NCBI GenBank assembly: GCA_037447435.1
Contig: JBBIGR010000072.1
Location: forward strand, 1-13,859
Reading direction: 5' to 3'
From: Fibrobacteria bacterium
GTDB lineage: Bacteria; Fibrobacterota; Chitinivibrionia; Chitinivibrionales; FEN-1185
DNA: 13,859 nt
In this document: in pieces, positions 1 to 6,940 of the stretch
Numbering within the stretch: position 1 is the stretch's first letter
Layout of the letters: each line of letters starts with the position of its first letter
Notes under the pieces: generated by a model
What the model was told of the DNA's origin: nothing
The model's database searches: none
What the model saw: only the letters and a program-made list of their open reading frames with translations
Made by a program: the position numbers and the translations under genes

Positions 1-87
1 GGACCTTTATCCGAAACGTTCAAATGTCGCTTTGCAAATATTATAACTCTAAACATAACCTGTTTGGGCTACCCATAGAAACGCGCG

Positions 88-798
88 ATGCCCCAAAAAT
101 ATAAATGGATTTTTATAGTGTTGCTCATTTTGGGTGACCAAAATATATTCGCAAAAAACATGACAGATTCTAATTATTCTACTTTGCTTGATTCAACAAT
201 TTTTAATAACAAATCTTATGTCGATGATAATAATTGGCTTTTAAAAAATGTTGACCTTAGATCATATAATTCAAAATTTGGCAAAAAAGGTTATTACCAA
301 AAAATCGTTCGGTTAAATTTCAATATTAATTTTATTCCTATTACTCTTGAAATAGGAATGATCGATAGCAATAAGAGCGATGTTTTTTTTAAATATGGTT
401 ATGGCAAAACTATAAAGTATAAGCAGTTTCCTTATGTGGCTTCAGAGAAAAAGATTATTTCATTTTTCGGAATTAAAAATGAAACTAGTAGGCAACTTGC
501 TAACAGTATTATACAGGCAGCATCTAATCTGAAACCAGTACCCTCCAATCCCGGAAGTTGTCCGAATCATGTAATTGAATATCGCGCAGATTCCTATTCT
601 GAAGACACTTATTTTAGGTATAAAATATGGTGTAATATTATTGATAAAGAATCATTAGCCATTATAACAAATTGTTATTTGCTTATTTCCGGATTACTTG
701 AGGAAAAGAATATTGAGTTGATGTTCTTAATGCCATGGGAAGAAATGATTGTTAATTGGAATAGCGGAAAAATAAAAAGGTTTTTAACTAAAAAATAA
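88..798 (+). CDS. Hypothetical secreted protein, 236 aa, AT-rich
   Basis: A 711-nt ORF in very AT-rich DNA, where a long chance ORF is unlikely. The N-terminus MPQKYKWIFIVLLILGDQNIFA resembles a signal peptide. No recognisable family and no clear SD sequence. Confidence 0.7.
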   Translation: MPQKYKWIFIVLLILGDQNIFAKNMTDSNYSTLLDSTIFNNKSYVDDNNWLLKNVDLRSYNSKFGKKGYYQKIVRLNFNINFIPITLEIGMIDSNKSDVFFKYGYGKTIKYKQFPYVASEKKIISFFGIKNETSRQLANSIIQAASNLKPVPSNPGSCPNHVIEYRADSYSEDTYFRYKIWCNIIDKESLAIITNCYLLISGLLEEKNIELMFLMPWEEMIVNWNSGKIKRFLTKK

Positions 799-801
799 TT
801 G

Positions 802-829
802 TGCTTTTGTCGTTTAAATTTTGAACCAG
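802..829. repeat. Putative right terminal inverted repeat (IRR) of the IS3 remnant
   Basis: Abuts the transposase stop codon, ends in CA on the coding strand, and has a TG..TTTG.C pattern like IS2 ends. The partner IRL is not found in the window. Confidence 0.6.
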
Positions 830-1293
830 TTATGCGGCCATTTTATAGTTAAAATATTCTTTAGGAGTCATCATGCCAAGCGCCGAGTGCGGCGCGAAAG
901 TATTATACTCCTCGACCCATTTTCCGATTTGTTCTTTGACAGTTTCAAAATCATCAAGGCAATTCGCGTAAACGTAATCCCGTTTGAATGTGCCGTTAAA
1001 TGATTCGCACATTCCGTTCGATTGCGGTGAATACGTCGGCGTATGACAGTTTTTTACATTCCACAAAACCAGGTTCTCTTGCAGTTTGTTCTCAATATAT
1101 TCAGGCCCATTGTCATGCAAGAACTCGACTTTGTGCCCATTTGGAAGCTCACCGCCAAAACGGGCCATTATCGCTTCCTGAAGCATTTGCTCAATGTCGC
1201 AGGCTTGAATATGACGGTCAAAACGCCATGCAATAATGCTTCGGTCGCAGCAGTCCAATACATACGTAAACCGACCCTTGTCGCGATTCCAGG
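830..1293 (-). pseudogene. IS3-family DDE transposase OrfB fragment (rve integrase core), 5' truncated
   Basis: Reads WNRDKGRFTYVLDCCDRSIIAW...LHDNGPEY...TPTYSPQSNGMCESFNGTFKRDY...YNTFAPHSALGMMTP...MAA. LDCCDR is typical of the IS2 group. The second D and the E of the triad are present. The first catalytic Asp (W-x-x-D) is absent: upstream in-frame sequence is unrelated and soon meets a TAG. Confidence 0.85.
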
Positions 1294-1301
1294 GTTGCTC
1301 C

Positions 1302-1478
1302 TTACCAACGGATTTTGGCGTAGCCGTTGCCTCGGGCCCGTTTATCTATAGAATGACCACGCCGCAATTCAGCAAATCCCATCTCATGATACTGGCAAAA
1401 TAAAATTCCTTCCCAATAACGCTCATCATATAATAATGAACAATATTGTGGAAAATAGCGACTATAATTTTTAGTCAT
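1302..1478 (-). CDS. Possible small ORF, 58 aa (MTKNYSRYFPQYCSLLYDERYWEGILFCQYHEMGFAELRRGHSIDKRARGNGYAKIRW)
   Basis: Read by hand, since it is shorter than anything in the ORF track. The ATG is preceded by TGGGGAA and the ORF ends TAA about 8 nt before the IS homology begins. No homology recognised. Confidence 0.2.
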   Translation of the reverse strand: MTKNYSRYFPQYCSLLYDERYWEGILFCQYHEMGFAELRRGHSIDKRARGNGYAKIRW

Positions 1479-1731
1479 TTCCCCAAAACGATTGAAATCA
1501 GGGGGATAATCAGGGAAATATTTTTATCATTATTATATATAATTTTTGCAAAAAACAATTTATTTTTGTAAATGATACGGTATAAACAGTCTTGTACCCC
1601 GATATTTTCGATATGTATAAAAGACATTTACGGTGCTTAAGCGATAAAATGAGCTTTTTTTCTAATTCTTTATTCATAAAGCATTGGTAAGAACGGTCAT
1701 CGATTTTATTTGAGTTGTTGAAAGGGTATGT

Positions 1732-4700
1732 ATGAACTGCAGAAAATACGGATTTCTTGTTTTTTCGGCCTTACTCGCCTGCCTAAGCTTTGCCCATGGC
1801 GTTTATGCGCAACGCGTAAACCTCAACTACAATGCCCCTTACGGGTCTTCGAGTGCCGAAAGCGGAAACGATGCCTATAAAGGCATCGACGGAAGCGGAA
1901 CAACCCGATGGGGAACCGATTGGTCGAACCTTTCCAACAGAGACTCCGCATGGTTTTTTGTCAAGTTCAGCGCCGCAAAATATATCGATTCGGTCGTCAT
2001 TAAATGGGCTTCGGGGGCATCTGCGTTGCATTATAAAATACAGGTGTCCAATACCCAATCGTATACCGACGCCTCGTGGACGACCGTTGCCGACATTACC
2101 AACGGAACCGATTCCGAAGTACGCAGCATCACCTTTCCTCCCGTTTCCGCGCAATATCTTCGAGTCAGATGCTATTCAAGATTGGGTTCCTACGGATATT
2201 CTTTCTGGGAATTCGAATCGTATGAAGCAATTTCCCCGACCATTTCGACGCAGCCGAAATCAAAAGCGTTTGCCATCGACAGTGCCGCGACCTTTTCCGT
2301 GGCAGCTACCGGCACTGCACCGCTTTCGTATCATTGGTTTAAAAACGGCGTGGCGCGTCCTGCAGACATATCGTCGACATTAACAATTGCAAAAGTCGCT
2401 ATCGGAGACACGGGCACATATACGGTACAGGTTTCCAATGCAAAGGCAACGGTCAATTCCAGCGCGGCGGTACTGACGGTAATGCCGAAGATACTGACCC
2501 AACCCCTTGCGCAGAATATTTCAGTCGGCTCCGCACTCACCTTAACCGTGAGTGCGACCGGCAGCATTCCTCTTACGTATCAATGGAAAAAAGGGGGCGT
2601 CGCGCTCAGTGGAAACGGTGCCGCTACCGCGACCTATTCCAAGGTTACCGTGGCGGCCGATTCGGGGCTTTATACGGTAGATGTGGGAAATTCGGGCGAT
2701 ACGGTGACAAGCATTCCCGTCGCCGTTTCTTTCGCAGTCGTTAAGCCTTCGAACGTGGTTATTTCGCCCAACCCCGGAAGTGTCGCCGCAGGGGCGGCGT
2801 TTACCTTTACCGCAACGGCGAGCGGGACGCCGCCGTTTACGTATCAATGGCAAAAAGACGGAGTCAATATCGGGACGAATATTGCCACATATTCCATTGG
2901 GGCTGCCGCGACAACCGATAACGGAAACTATACCGTTACCGTGGGCAATGGGGCGGGAAATACGCAATCGAATCCGGTGACGCTTACCGTCACCGTGCCG
3001 TTCAAAGCCTCTTTCAAGGTTTCCGCAAATCAAGGCCTCGTTCCGCTTAAAGTCTTCTTTGTCGATTCGTCGACCGGGGCTATCGGCAAACGGGTTTGGA
3101 ATTACGGAGACAATTCCGCGACCGATACGGGCAAATCGCCTTCTCACACGTATTCGACCGAGGGATCGTTCAACGCGAAACTATCGATTTACGACACGGC
3201 GGGCGTTTTCAGGGACAGCGCCGTCGTTCAGATCAAAACGTACAAAGACAATCCGGTTTTGTTGAGCGGAAAATATATCGGCAATAACAAAGTCGAAATC
3301 TCCTACGACAATTACAATGCCGTGCAAACCGCGGCGCCGGCCCCCTATGCCGACAGTATGCAACTTTGGTATCGGCCGAGTACGATTCCGCTTTCCGCAA
3401 CCGGGGCGACAAAAGCGAACACATTCCCGATAACGTCTTTAAAAACCCGGGGAAACGGCGCCACGGTCAAGGATACGCTAACGCTTGCGACGCCGCTTGC
3501 CGATACGGTGTACGGATTTTCCACAGTGATTCATTGGACGACCGGTTGGGGAAATTTCTCTGCCGTCAATGGTTGCCTGGTTACCGTAACCGATACGACG
3601 GTACCCCAGAACAAATGCGCCATAGCCGGGAAATATCTCGGCGCAGATTCCGTTGCCGTCATTATTTCCAACATGAAAACCATCGATACCGCGGTCGTGG
3701 ATACGTTCGGCATTTGGTTCGGGACCACGACATCGGATTCGGTGCCTATTTTCGGTAGTTCGACTGCAAGCAGGTGGTTCGATTTGAAACAACGGTATTC
3801 CAAAATCGCAAGCACCGGCCAGGACAGCATAATTATTACCAATACGCAATTTAACACCGGCGTCGTTAAAACGGTTTGGTGCGCTATAGAATTAAAAACT
3901 AAAAACGACAAAGTCAGCAATTTTGTCAAGTCATCATACACCGTCGGTTTAGACCGGCCCATAAACCCTATTGTCTTAAATGGACAAGTGAAAAGTTCTT
4001 CAAAAATTTCATTGACCTGGAATCACCTCGACAGCGTGGCGACCGGGATCAAGGCGATACGGATTTTATATACCGCCGTGGCGCCGATACCTCAAAATAT
4101 CGCTATTCTCGATACAACGCCCTATCAATTCATCAATCCTTCGGTTTCCGATACGGCCGTTTTAGTATCCGGTTTGCAGGAAAACACCTGGTATTATTTC
4201 GGTATGCAAATTAAAAAGAACGGTTTATGGTCCGTTGTCACTCCGAGCGCAAGCGCCAAAGATTCAACGACAAGCAGTGCACAGGAATTGGATTCGAATA
4301 CCATCCATATCACGCATCTGTATTTTGACACAATTAAAAACCAAATCAAAGTTGCCTGGACGGTGACTCCGATACCGGGTGCCGATTTGGAAGTGGGGAT
4401 TTCGTACAATCAAGGCAGATATCCTACCGATCCGATGAGCGTCGCGCAAACCGGGATTGGGGTGAAATTTGCCGCCGACAGCGCCGTTGTCGAGCTCAAG
4501 GAACCAATTTCTTTTTCAAAGAATTATTATATTGCTTTGTGGGAACGGCGCACCGATACCGACGGCAAATGGACCACGCCGACCGACTTTTCCAGAGGGG
4601 TTGTTACGACCCCGGATTTCACTTGGCAAACAGTGCGTTATTTCACAAAAAGCCAGAACAACCAGGCGGACACCGCTTTTGCGTTCAACAAAACCATTCG

Positions 4701-6774
4701 GATCATGACCACCCAGGTAAATGCCGGTAGCGATCAGTTGGTAAGCGATGTCGTAAAGATATATAATCCCGACATATCTCAATTAGCGGGGTTCGTTCCC
4801 GTAAGCATTGCTTTTTCATTCGGGAATCCGCAGTTTTCTTCGCCGATTTACGTCGGGTTACAATACGGTCCTTTGAACGGCAATTCGCCGTCGGATTTGC
4901 ATATGTATCGCTTCCATGACAGCGTGTGGGTTATGGATAAAAACGTGTTTCTTGATCCGATGACGAATTACGTATCGGTAAAAACCAACGATTTGGTTTC
5001 GCCGTTCATGGTAATGCTCGATACGCAGCATGTTTCGGTTTCCGCCGCCGCATTTGATACGGTCTGCGATGAAAACCCCGCTTCCGATTTGGAAAACACG
5101 TTTGCCGTGAATGACAATTGCGGCAATGTGATTTGCTCGTTTAAATTTGCAAAAGGAAGCGATGATTTTCCCGCGAAACCGCAGTTTGCGGACACTATTT
5201 CCAATTCTCACGGCGGAATTATTAAAGTTACCATCCCGCACTTTTCGGTGACTTCCGATAATGGACTGCGGGCGTGGTTTTCGGCTTTTGACGGTGTGAA
5301 TACGACGCTTGTCGATGTGTCGCGTCAGGTTCGGCGGACAAGGTCCGATTTCATTAAATCCGATCCATTAAAATGGTTGCCGATTCGCGCGACCGCGTTG
5401 CTCGACAGTCAACAATTGAGCTTTGCCTTAAAGCAAGCTGCGTCGCCGGGTTTGCCGTGGGCGTACGATCCGACCGCGCTTCGATGTTTTAAATGGTATC
5501 CAAGCACCGATGCGACGGGTAAGAAAAATAATTGGCTGGAATATTCCGATGCGACGGCGCCGTTGTTTAAATTTACACCCGGTAATTTGGTTTGGGTAAA
5601 GACGAAAGATGAAATCGACATCGATTTCGGTAAGGCAAAGACGCTGCCGCTGGCGACATCGGTTGCCGTCACCCTGCCGCCCGACTCAAGCTGGACCGAT
5701 TTCGCGGTACCGTTTCGGTTCAATATTAAAATCGGCGATGTCCTTGATTCGACCGCGGTAAACGGCGTGAACACGGATTTGTTGGAATTTTATTCATGGG
5801 AAAAAGCAAGCGACACATCGAAATATCAAACCACTCCTTTATATTTACCCCCGTTTTCACATCCCGGATCCACGCTCAACGACAAAACCGCGCTGCTTGG
5901 ATGCTCCGACCGTCAGGGGTATTCGATTCGCAATACCGGAAAACAGCCCGTTGTCTTACGGCTGCCGCCGATTCCGCAGGCGATGTCGCATTATATAAAA
6001 GGCGCCTTACCGAAAAGTAAAGGCAATTCGGGATGGGCTTTCAAAGTATGCGGATCGTTGTCCGACGGCGATTCGCTTGCACCGGTATATTGCGGGAAAA
6101 ATCCGTTGCTCAAAGAGACAGTCCGTTATTTTGCCCAGTCGCCCACGTTTATGCAAACCTATATTTGCGTCGAGAATCCGCAGACGAATTCGTTGTACGG
6201 CCATGCGTTGGCAGGCGGGGCTTCCGATGACGGCTGCGCGTTCAAATTAGCATTCGTAAATAAATCGGACCGTGCCCAAACCGTATCGTACCGGCTGGCG
6301 GGAGAGGGAGTTCTCACGAGCAATACGCTGGCGAAACTGTACGATGAATCGAACGGAACGTTCTTTGATGCGGCGGAGATTGTCGCATTGGCTCCCAAAG
6401 AAACCAAATACCGTTGGCTGTTTGTCGGGAATCAGGCTTATTTGGCAAAAGCGCCGCTTCTGACGACCGTACAACTCGGTTTATACGGCGTATATCCGAA
6501 CCCGTTTTCCTCGGCCCTGAAAATAAAATTCAGCGTACCGAGATCGGGCGTTTCGTTTTTGAAATTCACGGTTTGCGATTTACGAGGAAGAATAGTCTGG
6601 GATTATAGGGCTTCTGCGAATGAGCATGCCGGACAATCCGAAATTTATTGGAATGCGCAGTCTAAAACCGGCAATAAACTCGGGGCCGGGATATATGTTC
6701 TGCGTATGGTCGGTTTTGGGCCGAACAATAATCAAATCGGCAGCTTTGAAAAGAAATTAACCTATGTTCCTTAA
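1732..6774 (+). CDS. Gene A: 1680-aa secreted multidomain surface protein (signal peptide, F5/8 type C/discoidin, 3x Ig, PKD, FN3-like repeats, ZU5-like, conserved C-terminal region, FlgD-Ig/T9SS-like CTD)
   Basis: Signal peptide ends ...AHGVYA. F5/8C motifs IDGSGTTRW...W...YKIQVS...AQYLRV...YGYSFWEFE (~1813-2229). Ig motifs PTISTQP..ATGTAPLSYHWFKNG..DTGTYTV occur three times (~2236-2995). PKD motifs WNYGD..PSHTYSTEG (~2998-3240). CTD motifs YPNPFS...DLRGRIVW...WNA..GNKLGAGIYVLRM (~6471-6771). RBS-like AAAGGG at 1721-1726. Confidence 0.93.
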   Translation: MNCRKYGFLVFSALLACLSFAHGVYAQRVNLNYNAPYGSSSAESGNDAYKGIDGSGTTRWGTDWSNLSNRDSAWFFVKFSAAKYIDSVVIKWASGASALHYKIQVSNTQSYTDASWTTVADITNGTDSEVRSITFPPVSAQYLRVRCYSRLGSYGYSFWEFESYEAISPTISTQPKSKAFAIDSAATFSVAATGTAPLSYHWFKNGVARPADISSTLTIAKVAIGDTGTYTVQVSNAKATVNSSAAVLTVMPKILTQPLAQNISVGSALTLTVSATGSIPLTYQWKKGGVALSGNGAATATYSKVTVAADSGLYTVDVGNSGDTVTSIPVAVSFAVVKPSNVVISPNPGSVAAGAAFTFTATASGTPPFTYQWQKDGVNIGTNIATYSIGAAATTDNGNYTVTVGNGAGNTQSNPVTLTVTVPFKASFKVSANQGLVPLKVFFVDSSTGAIGKRVWNYGDNSATDTGKSPSHTYSTEGSFNAKLSIYDTAGVFRDSAVVQIKTYKDNPVLLSGKYIGNNKVEISYDNYNAVQTAAPAPYADSMQLWYRPSTIPLSATGATKANTFPITSLKTRGNGATVKDTLTLATPLADTVYGFSTVIHWTTGWGNFSAVNGCLVTVTDTTVPQNKCAIAGKYLGADSVAVIISNMKTIDTAVVDTFGIWFGTTTSDSVPIFGSSTASRWFDLKQRYSKIASTGQDSIIITNTQFNTGVVKTVWCAIELKTKNDKVSNFVKSSYTVGLDRPINPIVLNGQVKSSSKISLTWNHLDSVATGIKAIRILYTAVAPIPQNIAILDTTPYQFINPSVSDTAVLVSGLQENTWYYFGMQIKKNGLWSVVTPSASAKDSTTSSAQELDSNTIHITHLYFDTIKNQIKVAWTVTPIPGADLEVGISYNQGRYPTDPMSVAQTGIGVKFAADSAVVELKEPISFSKNYYIALWERRTDTDGKWTTPTDFSRGVVTTPDFTWQTVRYFTKSQNNQADTAFAFNKTIRIMTTQVNAGSDQLVSDVVKIYNPDISQLAGFVPVSIAFSFGNPQFSSPIYVGLQYGPLNGNSPSDLHMYRFHDSVWVMDKNVFLDPMTNYVSVKTNDLVSPFMVMLDTQHVSVSAAAFDTVCDENPASDLENTFAVNDNCGNVICSFKFAKGSDDFPAKPQFADTISNSHGGIIKVTIPHFSVTSDNGLRAWFSAFDGVNTTLVDVSRQVRRTRSDFIKSDPLKWLPIRATALLDSQQLSFALKQAASPGLPWAYDPTALRCFKWYPSTDATGKKNNWLEYSDATAPLFKFTPGNLVWVKTKDEIDIDFGKAKTLPLATSVAVTLPPDSSWTDFAVPFRFNIKIGDVLDSTAVNGVNTDLLEFYSWEKASDTSKYQTTPLYLPPFSHPGSTLNDKTALLGCSDRQGYSIRNTGKQPVVLRLPPIPQAMSHYIKGALPKSKGNSGWAFKVCGSLSDGDSLAPVYCGKNPLLKETVRYFAQSPTFMQTYICVENPQTNSLYGHALAGGASDDGCAFKLAFVNKSDRAQTVSYRLAGEGVLTSNTLAKLYDESNGTFFDAAEIVALAPKETKYRWLFVGNQAYLAKAPLLTTVQLGLYGVYPNPFSSALKIKFSVPRSGVSFLKFTVCDLRGRIVWDYRASANEHAGQSEIYWNAQSKTGNKLGAGIYVLRMVGFGPNNNQIGSFEKKLTYVP

Positions 6775-6778
6775 AAAG

Positions 6779-6815
6779 GATTGATGCTACGGCATAGCCG
6801 ATCCGTTTTCCGGTA
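6779..6815 (+). terminator. Imperfect hairpin directly after gene A
   Basis: GGATTG-AT-GCTA-cggca-TAGC-CGATCC followed by GTTTT; the stem is bulged. Confidence 0.3.
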
Positions 6816-6825
6816 TTTTCAAAAT

Positions 6826-6848
6826 TCGGTAAAATCGATTTTAACCGA
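6826..6848. promoter_or_regulatory. Palindrome in the A-B intergenic region, candidate operator or hairpin
   Basis: Perfect 14-bp palindrome TAAAATCGATTTTA at 6830-6843, extended by TCGGT...ACCGA. Confidence 0.35.
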
Positions 6849-6940
6849 TTGAATATTATAGTTATTTTCCTTCCCGCATTATATACTATAAGTATTAAAG
6901 CATAACGATTCCTGTAAAGATCATACAAAGGGGTTCCGAA

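Larger units (their letters stand above)
802..1293 (-). mobile_element. Truncated IS3-family (IS2-like) insertion sequence remnant: 3' part of orfB plus right terminal inverted repeat
   Basis: Integrase-core motifs on the minus strand. The stop at 830-832 is followed directly by a TG-terminated IR-like end at 802-829 (TGCTTTTGTCGTTTAAATTTTGAACCAG on +). No orfA or left IR is seen. Confidence 0.8.

Noticed and set aside
821..1351. Plus-strand ORFs 821-1003, 1000-1236 and 1043-1351
   Set aside because: Antisense to the IS3 transposase fragment.
1783..6608. Many short ORFs overlapping gene A on both strands
   Set aside because: Shadow ORFs of a long coding frame, with Arg-rich or antisense-type composition and no recognisable motifs.
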